This document shows positions 29,062 through 38,677 of a stretch of DNA of 64,000 nt, piece by piece. The DNA is taken from the NCBI GenBank assembly GCA_038211245.1, contig JBBQVT010000002.1:2534-66533 (forward strand). The letters are read 5' to 3'. Origin of the DNA: Desulfobulbales bacterium (GTDB lineage: Bacteria > Desulfobacterota > Desulfobulbia > Desulfobulbales > Desulfocapsaceae). Under the pieces are notes generated by a model that saw only the letters and a list, made by a program, of their open reading frames with translations, did not search any database and had not been told where the DNA came from. The first letter of the stretch is position 1. Each line of letters starts with the position of its first letter. Position numbers and translations under genes: made by a program.

Positions 29062-30195
29062 ATGATAAGCACGAAAAATCTCCGTATCCTGGTTGTTGAT
29101 GACACAATCGTCTATCGTAAGGCTGTATCCGACATCATTGCAGAAATACCCGGAGTAGAATTAGCCGGTGTAGCCCATAACGGAAAGATTGCATTAGCGA
29201 AAATTCAGACCCTCAAGCCGGACATCCTTACTCTTGATATAGAAATGCCCGAGATGAATGGCATTGAAGTCCTGGTGGAATTGCAGAAAAGCCATCCAGG
29301 GATCGGTGTCATCATGCTTTCGACATTGACCGCCGAAGGCAGTGATATGACCATGCGGGCACTTGAACTCGGGGCCTTTGATTTTATTCTTAAACCCCAG
29401 AGCAAGAACCAGATAGAGGGCAAAAAAGAGATCAGGGCGGCGCTTGAGCCTATCCTCAAGGCTTTTGCTAAATCGCGATATGCCTCTTCCCTTATCAGCA
29501 GCAAAGGAAGGATACCCGGACCGACTTCCTTCCCCTCCAGCAGCGTTTCAAACAAGCTTGCCGTAGGAACCCGGATTTTTAAACCCTTAAGCGCAAAACC
29601 AACCGCTGTGCGACGAGGAAAATCGGAAATTGTCGCCATCGGAATCTCCACCGGCGGACCGAATGCTCTCAACCAGATGCTGCCGCAACTTCCCGGAAAT
29701 CTTGGAGTGCCGGTTCTCATTGTCCAGCATATGCCACCGGTCTTTACTAAATCCCTGGCCGCCAGCCTCGACAAAAAATGTGCGCTGACCGTGAAAGAGG
29801 CTGTGAACGGCGAGAACATCCTGCCCAATGTGGTGTATATTGCCCCGGGAGGCAAGCAGATGAAACTGATGACCGGAACGGATGGTCAGAATCGGCGAAT
29901 AAAAATAACCGACGACCCACCGGAAAATTCCTGTAAACCTTCAGTTGACTACCTTTTTCGCTCAGTTGCTGATTACTATGTGGGCAGAACAACCGCAGTT
30001 ATCATGACCGGCATGGGCTCAGACGGCACTCTCGGTTTAGGTGTGCTGAAACAAAAATCAGCTTTTATTATCGGCCAGGATGAATCTTCCTGCATTGTTT
30101 ATGGAATGCCCAAGGCACCGGCCGAGCTGGGCTATCTGGACATTGTCGCGCCCCTTGGCAGAATTGCTGAAGAAATTGTCAACAGCGTAAAATAA
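29062..30195 (+). CDS. cheB: Chemotaxis methylesterase CheB (REC + esterase)
   Basis: LDIEMP receiver; GISTGGP, VQHMP, PSVDYLF, MTGMGSDG, VYGMP. Confidence 0.97.
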   Translation: MISTKNLRILVVDDTIVYRKAVSDIIAEIPGVELAGVAHNGKIALAKIQTLKPDILTLDIEMPEMNGIEVLVELQKSHPGIGVIMLSTLTAEGSDMTMRALELGAFDFILKPQSKNQIEGKKEIRAALEPILKAFAKSRYASSLISSKGRIPGPTSFPSSSVSNKLAVGTRIFKPLSAKPTAVRRGKSEIVAIGISTGGPNALNQMLPQLPGNLGVPVLIVQHMPPVFTKSLAASLDKKCALTVKEAVNGENILPNVVYIAPGGKQMKLMTGTDGQNRRIKITDDPPENSCKPSVDYLFRSVADYYVGRTTAVIMTGMGSDGTLGLGVLKQKSAFIIGQDESSCIVYGMPKAPAELGYLDIVAPLGRIAEEIVNSVK

Positions 30196-30241
30196 GGCAG
30201 ATCTCTTATTGTCTTATTCCACAATCGACTTTCAAATCAAA

Positions 30242-31075
30242 ATGATAAAGATCAACCCCGCAGAACTGAAGCTTGTGGCACAATATATCCAGGATATTAC
30301 CGGGATATATTTGGATCAAAGCAAATCATATCTGTTTGAAACTCGATTAAGCTCAGTTGCCGAGACGCATAGCTGTAAGTCGTATCAGGAACTGCAGGCA
30401 AAAGCAAAAAAAGACTCAACCAAAGCCATCGAAAAATCTATTGTTGACGCAATTACCACCAATGAAACCCTGTTTTTTCGCGACAAAGGACCATTTGAAC
30501 TGCTGCAGCACAAAATCTTACCGGAGATAATTGACGCCAGATCTTCAACATCATCGGTGAAAACGCAAATCAAAATCTGGAGTGCCGCAGCTTCTACAGG
30601 CCAGGAACTCTACTCCATTGCCATAGTTATCAAGGAACTTCTCAAGGACGCTCCCAGATATGCATTCACCCTTCTAGGCACTGATATCTCGGATGCTGCC
30701 ATCGCCCAGGCGAGTTACGGGAAGTACAACCGCTTTGAAATTGAACGAGGATTAGACAAAAAATACCTGGAAAGGTTCTTCACACTTTTCGGCGACTCAT
30801 GGAAGATTAAAGATGAAATCAGGGCAATGGTTAACTTTCGAAAACTCAATCTTATGCTGCCTTTCACCGGCCTTGGTAAATTTGATATCATTTTTTGCCG
30901 GAACGTTGCCATCTACTTCACCCTTGAGGATCGCAAAAAGCTTTTTAACAAACTCGCCGACAGCCTGGCTGATGATGGATATCTTGTTATTGGATCAACA
31001 GAGTCTCTTACCGGTGTTTGTCCAAGGTTTATTCCTAAGCGACATCTGAGATCAATTTTTTACCAAAAGCAATAA
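30242..31075 (+). CDS. cheR: Chemotaxis methyltransferase CheR
   Basis: TTNETLFFRD, IWSAAASTGQELYSIA, GTDIS, FDIIFCRNVAIYF. Confidence 0.97.
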   Translation: MIKINPAELKLVAQYIQDITGIYLDQSKSYLFETRLSSVAETHSCKSYQELQAKAKKDSTKAIEKSIVDAITTNETLFFRDKGPFELLQHKILPEIIDARSSTSSVKTQIKIWSAAASTGQELYSIAIVIKELLKDAPRYAFTLLGTDISDAAIAQASYGKYNRFEIERGLDKKYLERFFTLFGDSWKIKDEIRAMVNFRKLNLMLPFTGLGKFDIIFCRNVAIYFTLEDRKKLFNKLADSLADDGYLVIGSTESLTGVCPRFIPKRHLRSIFYQKQ

Positions 31076-31087
31076 AGAGGCATTCTC

Positions 31088-31657
31088 ATGAAAAATCTCT
31101 CAATTCTGGTTGTCGACGACGACCCGGTAGTCAGGCGACTGCTGGAGCAGCGGTTGAAGAAAGAAAATCACCAGGTGCAGGTGGCCGAAGATGGGTATGT
31201 TGCGGAAAAAATACTCAGACAGCAGTTTTTTGATGTAGTTCTAACCGATCTGATGATGCCGGGTGCTCTAGGTGGGATTGAAGTACTCGAAATAGCCAAA
31301 GACATTAACAGCAAGACAGAAGTTGTTCTGATCACTGCTCATTCTTCGGTGAATACTGCTGTTGAAGCAATGAAAAAAGGTGCTATCGACTACCTGGAAA
31401 AACCAATCAATTTCGATGAACTCTTCCTGCGCTTAGATAAAATAGCCAATATGCAAACTATTCTGCGCAGCGCCCAAGACCTGCAGTTTGCCATGGATAC
31501 AACGGAAAATGCGGCCTCGGAAACAATACAAAACCTGGAAATGCAGGTTGCAAAATTGCGGCAAGCACTCGACGAAATTGAAAACATCCTGCGAGACGAT
31601 GACCTTGTAGATTACAACAAGATTGCCAATGCGTTGGATATTGTCACTCAGACGTAG
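31088..31657 (+). CDS. Response regulator (REC + short coiled-coil tail, no DNA-binding domain)
   Basis: VVDDD, TDLMMP, ITAH, YLEKP; helical C-terminal ~65 aa. Confidence 0.88.
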   Translation: MKNLSILVVDDDPVVRRLLEQRLKKENHQVQVAEDGYVAEKILRQQFFDVVLTDLMMPGALGGIEVLEIAKDINSKTEVVLITAHSSVNTAVEAMKKGAIDYLEKPINFDELFLRLDKIANMQTILRSAQDLQFAMDTTENAASETIQNLEMQVAKLRQALDEIENILRDDDLVDYNKIANALDIVTQT

Positions 31658-31755
31658 TTCGTTTTGTTAAATAATTTGGACGGATAATTACGGCTCCTCA
31701 ACCGTTCGACGAACTTTTTCCGTGTGCACCTCGGGGCAATCCGGTCAAATGGGTT

Positions 31756-33129
31756 TTACTTAGCCGCAGCCTCAATCGCTTCCTTCAACCCCACGGCTGA
31801 TGCGGTTTGGGCACTGTCAAACATTGCCCCCCCTACCCTTGCCCCCGTCAGATCAGCTCCGGTCAAGTCGGCTTTATAAAGATCGGCATTTTTTAACTTT
31901 GCCTGGCGCAAGTTGGCTTTCAGCAGTAAAGCACCCTTGAGATTGGCATTATCCAGATCAGCCTTTTCAAGATTACAGCCGGTCAAATTGGCCTTTTCCA
32001 GATCTGCACTGTCGAGATTCTTTCCAGAAAGGTCGAGGCCGGAGAGATCACAGCCAAAGCATTTCTTTTTATCAAGCAAAATCTTCAGATTGTCTTCTTT
32101 TGTCTTGCCCGCAATAGGCTTCTGATTCGCCGCTGCGGTGCTGCTTTTCACTGCTGGTTTTTCTTCAGTCACTTTCATTGCCTTAGGCGCTTTGACGGGT
32201 GTTTTCTGAGGTATTTGTTGCGAATCCTTGCTGACTTCCACCTGGGCCTCGGCCGGAGATTTGGCAGGGCTTGGTACCATCCTGCTCTCTGCTGCAGTTT
32301 TGTTCGAGGCTTCTGCCGCCACAGGTTCGACGGCTGGTGCATTTTTTGCTTCTTGCTTCATTGCCGTTTGTGGCGCAGTAACAGTCACCGCGTCCTTAGC
32401 ATTTTCTTTGGATGCACCAGGAGTTGTGGGGGTTTTCTCATCCTGCACAGGGACATCGACTATTGCTTGTTGAACCGGAGTGACTTTTTTGACTATGGGT
32501 GCGGGAGAGAGAGAGGCAGAGGTTGGGCGTTCTTTTTCCACTTTTTGCAGTTTTTCCGACATTGCCTCCGGCTTGGCTTTACTTGCAGCGGATGAAGCGG
32601 GTTCCACGAAATCCCGCCGTTCACCGACATTGGCTACCCTCGTTTCGGGGCTTGCTTTGGGCTTCACAGGATCGGCGATAAAAACTTCCTTTTCCACCTC
32701 AGTTTCACCGACATCGCCTGGCGATTTAGCGGCAATAAATTGGCCATCAAATTGCGCCCCTTGATGATAAGAACTGTCCAACGATGTCCCCCGCAGGTCG
32801 GCTCCTCGCAAGTCGGCATCACTCAGGTCGGTACCACCGAAAACCGTGCCACGCAGGTTGGTATTTCGCAAATTGGCTCTCGTCAGATTGGTCAAAAAGA
32901 GCTTCGCCAATGAAAGATCAGCTCCCTCCAAATCAGCGTCGGTCAAATCCAGCCTATTCAAGGAGAGGCCGGAAAGATCACACCCCTTACAACTCTTAGT
33001 TTTCACGAGTTTTTCTAAGTTATCCAGGGTGGTAGCACTTTCTTTCGCTACTACCGGACCAACCGTGTACACAAAAACACATAAGGCACAGGCAAAAATC
33101 AGAGTACTTTTTTGTAGGTATTTTTTCAT
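31756..33129 (-). CDS. Exported pentapeptide-repeat protein with two CxxC-capped repeat blocks
   Basis: Signal-like N-terminus; A(D/N)LxX repeats at both ends, each preceded by CxGCDLSG; Ala/Pro/Lys/Glu-rich linker. Confidence 0.88.
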   Translation of the reverse strand: MKKYLQKSTLIFACALCVFVYTVGPVVAKESATTLDNLEKLVKTKSCKGCDLSGLSLNRLDLTDADLEGADLSLAKLFLTNLTRANLRNTNLRGTVFGGTDLSDADLRGADLRGTSLDSSYHQGAQFDGQFIAAKSPGDVGETEVEKEVFIADPVKPKASPETRVANVGERRDFVEPASSAASKAKPEAMSEKLQKVEKERPTSASLSPAPIVKKVTPVQQAIVDVPVQDEKTPTTPGASKENAKDAVTVTAPQTAMKQEAKNAPAVEPVAAEASNKTAAESRMVPSPAKSPAEAQVEVSKDSQQIPQKTPVKAPKAMKVTEEKPAVKSSTAAANQKPIAGKTKEDNLKILLDKKKCFGCDLSGLDLSGKNLDSADLEKANLTGCNLEKADLDNANLKGALLLKANLRQAKLKNADLYKADLTGADLTGARVGGAMFDSAQTASAVGLKEAIEAAAK

Positions 33130-33483
33130 AATAGATCCATTTCCCATGCAACTCACCGCAGATAATGTCAGTAATTGGCAGACACAGAACCAAACCAAAT
33201 CAAAAATTGAAAGCATACAGTATTTGATAAAATTGTGTCAATATAAGGATGCTTTTCAGCACGTCGAGCTTTTGTGATTACATAGACGTTTACCAATCAG
33301 AAAACACTCTTGTTTTACCTCCTTTTAATATGATATGCTAAGATTCTTAATACATTTTTTGTGCTCTTCATTGATTCTCCCAGGGAATGGAGAAAGTTGC
33401 TGAACACATTGTTTGTAGGAAGAGCCAAAGAGTTGTAATCCTGCTCCCTGAGCGTAAAAACATTTTTCCCGCAAACTGCTGTT

Positions 33484-33972
33484 ATGCCTCTGAAAGCGAT
33501 GAGAAAAAGTGAGGAGCAGACTAGGTCCTTCATTGAAAACCTGCCGATCTTCTCCAGTCTGAATGTAGATGAACTGTCAATTCTCGCCCGACACATGAGT
33601 TATATCCAATTGCAAAGAGGTGAACACCTGTTCGTTGAAGGCGATCAGGGGACTTTCATGGGATTTGTTGTCAATGGCATACTCGAAGTCCAAAAAAGAA
33701 GCGAAACCGGTGAAAACATTACCCTGGCACGGCTCACAAAAGGCAGTTCCATAGGGGAAATGGCCCTCATTGACAAGTCAACCAGATCGGCTACAGTCAT
33801 CGCCAAACAGGCGGCGATAATGGTGACCCTTACCGACCGCGGCTTTGATCTGCTTGCCGACAAATATCCCACGCTGGGCATTAAAGTGATAAGAAAGGTT
33901 GCCAGGCTCCTGAGCCTCAACATGCGGCGAACTTCGAGCAAACTCGCAGACCTCATGCAATCGTCTCTGTAA
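33484..33972 (+). CDS. Stand-alone cyclic nucleotide-binding domain protein
   Basis: LFVEGD, GSSIGEMALID..RSATV; no HTH. Confidence 0.88.
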   Translation: MPLKAMRKSEEQTRSFIENLPIFSSLNVDELSILARHMSYIQLQRGEHLFVEGDQGTFMGFVVNGILEVQKRSETGENITLARLTKGSSIGEMALIDKSTRSATVIAKQAAIMVTLTDRGFDLLADKYPTLGIKVIRKVARLLSLNMRRTSSKLADLMQSSL

Positions 33973-34014
33973 TACTATGATCACAACCTCTTTATTCGAT
34001 ATTTCCCGGCAAAA

Positions 34015-35481
34015 ATGGCCATGGCTGTAATACCCACAATACTCATTGCCGATACAGATATTGACGGGATGTCGGCGCATTCCAAAAACCTCGATCTGCA
34101 GTACGCATGCACTTTGTCGCACGTCTTCTCTGAAGACGAACTCCAAGCAGCCCTCGAACAAAATTCGATTGAGATATTGATTATTGACCTCAATTTCTCC
34201 ACCAATTCAGAAGGGATAACCCTTCTTACAACGCTGCAGCGCAAGTTTCCAAAGACAGCCATCTTGCCGATTATTCCGGCCGGCCAACCGCACCTCATCA
34301 AAGAGCTGTTGGCCCTCGACCTATTCTACTTCATCCACAAACCAATCGATCCGCTTGAAACGCAGATAGCCCTGAAAAGGGTTTTTGAAACCCTGGTTTT
34401 CCCGCATACACCTCCTGTCGTCATTGAAGAATCGAACCGCGCCTCGTTTCACGGCATGATCGGCTGCACCGCTTTAATGCAACAGCTTTTCGACATGATC
34501 ACTCTGATAGCTGATGATGATGTTTCCACCGTCCTTATTCGCGGTGAATCCGGTACCGGCAAAGAGATGGTCGCGAAAGCCATCCACGCCGAGAGCCGGC
34601 GGAGAGGCAGAAATTTTGTGCCCGTCAATTGTGCAGCCATTCCGGATGACCTCCTGGAGAGCGAATTGTTCGGATACGCAAAAGGCGCTTTCACCGGCGC
34701 AACCACCAATAAAGTCGGACGCATTCAGTATGCCGATCAGGGCACCCTTTTTCTTGATGAAATAGGCGATATGAAGGCCTCTCTTCAGGCCAAATTATTA
34801 CGGGTCTTGCAGGAAAAAGAATTCGAACCGGTCGGTGCCTTGAAATCGATTCCGGTGAACACTCGAATACTGGCGGCTACGCATTGTGATCTGGAAAAAC
34901 TGGTCAGCGAAGGAAGATTTCGGGAGGATCTTTACTACCGTCTCAGCGTTATCCCTCTCAACATTCCGGCACTGAAAGAAAGAATCGCCGACATACCACT
35001 TCTCATTGATGCTTTCGTGGGAAAATACTCCCAGCGTAGGGGGCGAGAACTATTTACATTTTCGCCGCCGGCAATGATGGCCATCACGCACTACGAATGG
35101 CGGGGCAATGTGAGGGAGCTGGAAAACCTCATCCAACACATGAGCATTCTCTACAGCGGTAGAACCTTACAGCTGGAAGATCTTCCGGAAAAATTTCAGA
35201 GCGTAATACTCCCTATCGAAGAAAACCCTGAAGCTTTGAACCCTCTCCTGCCCCCTCCGCCACCGGCGAACCTACAGACGTCCGCTCAGCTGCTTGCCTG
35301 GGAGGATGGTCAGGTTGATTTTAATGAGCTGATCAATGATTTCGAAACCCAGTTGATTGTCCAGGCTATGAAGCTGACGGAAGGAAATAAAAAAGAAGCA
35401 GCCCGTCTCCTGAACCTCAAGAGAACGACTCTTCTTGAAAAAATTAAGAAAAAGGATATCGAAGGGTTATGGCAAAAATAA
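34015..35481 (+). CDS. Sigma54-dependent activator, FleQ/FlrA-like flagellar master regulator candidate
   Basis: Atypical REC, GESGTGKE, VNCAAIP, GAFTGA, LFLDEIG, W.GNVRELEN, Fis HTH (AARLLNLKRTTLLEKIKK); flagellar context. Confidence 0.85.
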   Translation: MAMAVIPTILIADTDIDGMSAHSKNLDLQYACTLSHVFSEDELQAALEQNSIEILIIDLNFSTNSEGITLLTTLQRKFPKTAILPIIPAGQPHLIKELLALDLFYFIHKPIDPLETQIALKRVFETLVFPHTPPVVIEESNRASFHGMIGCTALMQQLFDMITLIADDDVSTVLIRGESGTGKEMVAKAIHAESRRRGRNFVPVNCAAIPDDLLESELFGYAKGAFTGATTNKVGRIQYADQGTLFLDEIGDMKASLQAKLLRVLQEKEFEPVGALKSIPVNTRILAATHCDLEKLVSEGRFREDLYYRLSVIPLNIPALKERIADIPLLIDAFVGKYSQRRGRELFTFSPPAMMAITHYEWRGNVRELENLIQHMSILYSGRTLQLEDLPEKFQSVILPIEENPEALNPLLPPPPPANLQTSAQLLAWEDGQVDFNELINDFETQLIVQAMKLTEGNKKEAARLLNLKRTTLLEKIKKKDIEGLWQK

Positions 35482-35511
35482 AGAGTGTGGTCAAATGTTT
35501 GGCAGTTGTTG

Positions 35512-38013
35512 TCAGGCTGCAAGTTTTAAGAGATTATTGGTAACATTTTCTTCAATATCTGCCTTTGAGGCCGGTGTAAGAAGGATGTCCCTTATTCCGT
35601 ATTTCACTGCCTTGATCACTTTTGTTCTCGTCCACCCCGGCCCGGCGGCAATCAACGGCAAAGAACAAGAAGCACTAATTTTTATCGCAGCACCAAAGGC
35701 CTGCTCATTAACATCCTGCATCACCAGATAAATCGCCTTCAGTGTACCGGGTATGTAGTTATGCACGTTGTCTTTGAATGATAGTGATTTGACAGCAAAA
35801 TCCATCCCTGCGAGAACTCCGGCAATTTTCGCCGTTTCAGACTCATCATCACCAATCAGAAGGATATCGAGGTCTGTATTTGCAACATCCAATTTTGTCG
35901 GTTGCCGAGTTGCCGATTGCCCGATTTCTTCAACCTGCGGACTCTCTTCTTCAGCTGCCATGAGACCTTCCAGTTCAAGAAGGCCCAAGGGAAAAACAAT
36001 ACTCACCTTGCCGAGGGTGCTGTCACCGATGGCCAGATCCAAACTGCTAAAATAATAATAACCGTTCGGAAAAGGGTCGTCCGAATCGGTTTCCACCTTC
36101 ATCGGCACAATCTGCTGCAGGTCGGTTTTTACAAAACGAATTCTTTTTGTATAGTGTTCCTCGAAAGTAGCGGTATACACACCGGCGATAATGTTGGCAA
36201 CCTCGCTGTAAGCATCCCTAGTGTCCTCGCCGAAGACCTCATCGCTTACAACCGACTCAAGCTCCTGGGAGGGGAGCATGATCAGTACCCCACCAATGCG
36301 TATGGCGTCCCGGAGATTAACCATCAAATAGCTTTTCCCCTCCAGTTCACCCACCACATCCAAATGGGCGATCACCTGTTTCCCTGAGATCTCCTCAAGA
36401 AACAAATCCTCCTTACTGACAATGCTATTGTTCTGATTGCTAAGCTGCACCTCGGCACCCAGAAGTGCGCTCACCTCATTCGCCACCTTGTCTCGGCAGG
36501 AGGCGAGAAGCTTATCCACCAGTTTTTTCTGTTTTTCTGCGACTGCCTTGGCGTGGAATGGGATGTTTTTATCTTTTTGCGGCGAAGAAACCGCTGCCGC
36601 CACTTCACTCTCGGCTTCCCGGGGCAGCTGTTGTACCACTTTCGGGGCAACAGGAGTCGGTGCGCTCCTTGCCTGTACCACTTCTTCCGCTGGCTCACTT
36701 TCAAGATGCAGGAGTTCTGCAGGAAAGAGCATATGGATGGATCCCAACTGCTTGCCTGCAACCAGCAACTGCATACTGTGACAATAATAGGCCTTATTCG
36801 GAATCGGTTCATCCGAGTCTGCAACTACCTTTCCAGGTACGACCTCACGGAGCGTCTTTCTAATGAATCTGAGTTTTTCTTGGTACTGTTCCTCAAATGC
36901 TTTGGTGTACACTCCGGAAACAATATTCGCGACTTCACCGTAAGCATCGCGGCCATCATCGCTGAAGTCTTCTTCATTAATAACATTGACCAATTCTGTC
37001 GGCGGGAGCATGATAAGTATGCCGCCAAGATTGATAGCGTCTTTTATATTCAGAACAAAATAGCACGTATCCTTAAGTTCTCCGACCACTTCCATATCCG
37101 TCAGGATCTGCTTGCCGACTGTCAATTCAGAGAAAAATTCTTCTTTACTGATTATCTGATTTTCAAGGCCATCAAGCATGACATCAACGCCCAAGAGAGC
37201 ACTGACTTCTCCGGCAAGCCTATTCCGGCACTCAGTAAGAAGGCGATCAACTTTCTTTTTCTGTTTTTCCTTATCAACCTTCGGCTTTTGTTCTTTCTTT
37301 TGTTCCTGAAGAGCCTCCCCCTCTTGGTTCGCGGTTGTAGCAGCGTGCGTCTCAACCGTTGCGCCACTCGGGGGTGGTGTATTTTTCACAGCTTCATTTT
37401 GTTGTACCGGCACTTCAGGTCCCGGGGGTGGGGCCACAGCTTCCTGCTCCAACTCGAAGGCCAGGGCGGGCAAAAGAATAACCAAATCGCCCATTATCCG
37501 GCCATCCATGAGCATGGCGCTCGACATCAAATAGAATGTCTCATTTGCGACAGGACTATCAGAATCGATGGCCACCTTTGCGGGAACAAGAATTTCTTGC
37601 TCTTTACGCACAAAGCGGCAGGCTTTCGGGTACATTTCCTCAAATGCTTTGGTGATGGAACCCGTAATAATATTGGCAATTTCGCCATACGAATCCTCGA
37701 CTTCCTCGCGGTATTCCTCCCTCCCGACAACTTCTTGCAATTCCTGGTCAGGCAACATGATAAGCGTGCCACCCAAACGAATAGCATCCTTGATGCCGAT
37801 CAGCAGACAACCCTTGCCGGTAATATCACCGGTAATGTCGAACCGAGCACAAATCTGCTTGCCCGGTAGTCGCTCAAAGGCGTCCGCCTTGGTGACAAGG
37901 TCCCTGCTACCGCTGGTAACAGAAAATTTACTCCCCAGAAGGGTTGAGACCTCATCTTGAATCCTGGTCTCAACAGCTTCCAGTATCTTGTCAATTCGCT
38001 TTCGCTGATCCAT
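35512..38013 (-). CDS. Protein with three tandem CheX/CheC-like domains and a C-terminal pseudo-receiver
   Basis: Three ~185-aa repeats (EVS.LLG, GKQ, DAI..GG.LIMLP, D.Y.E(I/V)ANI..G, DSD.P) followed by a REC-like fold lacking the canonical Asp and Lys. Confidence 0.85.
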   Translation of the reverse strand: MDQRKRIDKILEAVETRIQDEVSTLLGSKFSVTSGSRDLVTKADAFERLPGKQICARFDITGDITGKGCLLIGIKDAIRLGGTLIMLPDQELQEVVGREEYREEVEDSYGEIANIITGSITKAFEEMYPKACRFVRKEQEILVPAKVAIDSDSPVANETFYLMSSAMLMDGRIMGDLVILLPALAFELEQEAVAPPPGPEVPVQQNEAVKNTPPPSGATVETHAATTANQEGEALQEQKKEQKPKVDKEKQKKKVDRLLTECRNRLAGEVSALLGVDVMLDGLENQIISKEEFFSELTVGKQILTDMEVVGELKDTCYFVLNIKDAINLGGILIMLPPTELVNVINEEDFSDDGRDAYGEVANIVSGVYTKAFEEQYQEKLRFIRKTLREVVPGKVVADSDEPIPNKAYYCHSMQLLVAGKQLGSIHMLFPAELLHLESEPAEEVVQARSAPTPVAPKVVQQLPREAESEVAAAVSSPQKDKNIPFHAKAVAEKQKKLVDKLLASCRDKVANEVSALLGAEVQLSNQNNSIVSKEDLFLEEISGKQVIAHLDVVGELEGKSYLMVNLRDAIRIGGVLIMLPSQELESVVSDEVFGEDTRDAYSEVANIIAGVYTATFEEHYTKRIRFVKTDLQQIVPMKVETDSDDPFPNGYYYFSSLDLAIGDSTLGKVSIVFPLGLLELEGLMAAEEESPQVEEIGQSATRQPTKLDVANTDLDILLIGDDESETAKIAGVLAGMDFAVKSLSFKDNVHNYIPGTLKAIYLVMQDVNEQAFGAAIKISASCSLPLIAAGPGWTRTKVIKAVKYGIRDILLTPASKADIEENVTNNLLKLAA

Positions 38014-38121
38014 ACGGAAAATTCAGAATAAGAGAAGAGATGTGCACCGAATGAATCATCCGGCAGTATTTCTCTGTATCGGCAGGGACGACCGATTACT
38101 TAACAGGCAAGTAGCCATCCA

Positions 38122-38592
38122 TCAGTTGTCAACATACATTAATTCTATCCAAAACCTTTCACCAGCCATTTTCAACGGGACTATTATCCTCTGCGCCTTA
38201 GCTGCTCCGCACACATTAAAAGATTCCCCAACGATTGAGGTAGGGATGGCCAGTTCAATATTTACAGCAATGGTTGCATAGGCAACCTTCAGGTTACCGG
38301 CGACCATATTGGCTATTTCTCCGATGGCGTCCTTGACATCATCATCCAATTCCTCGACCTCCATGCCAAGAAAACCGCTGGTAATCGCCTTGGCCACTGT
38401 TGCCGGACAATGAATAGCCAAAACACCACGAATCCCGCCTCCTAATCCAATCATTGAGGTGAGATTGGCTTGGATTTCACCCCGTTTGTTCAAAATAACG
38501 TCTTCACTCTCAAGTTCGACCATCAGCATGGTTGAAAAAACATCTTGAGCACCTTTCAGGATTTCGCTCCCGACATCTAATTCATCTGCCAT
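38122..38592 (-). CDS. cheX: Chemotaxis phosphatase CheX (copy 2)
   Basis: VFSTM, IGLGG, DAIGEIANMVAG, LAIPT; ATG at 38592 with GAGG RBS. Confidence 0.88.
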   Translation of the reverse strand: MADELDVGSEILKGAQDVFSTMLMVELESEDVILNKRGEIQANLTSMIGLGGGIRGVLAIHCPATVAKAITSGFLGMEVEELDDDVKDAIGEIANMVAGNLKVAYATIAVNIELAIPTSIVGESFNVCGAAKAQRIIVPLKMAGERFWIELMYVDN

Positions 38593-38677
38593 AACACTTT
38601 CCTCGGTGCTGAAAGAGTAAAAGGCAGAACCCGTATGCTCGATGCCGCCTTTCACGTAATTATTCATTGATAGTGAA

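Noticed and set aside
36553-37869. 438-aa ORF on the + strand
   Set aside because: Fully antisense to the triple-CheX gene, with no motifs and an atypical composition; a shadow ORF.
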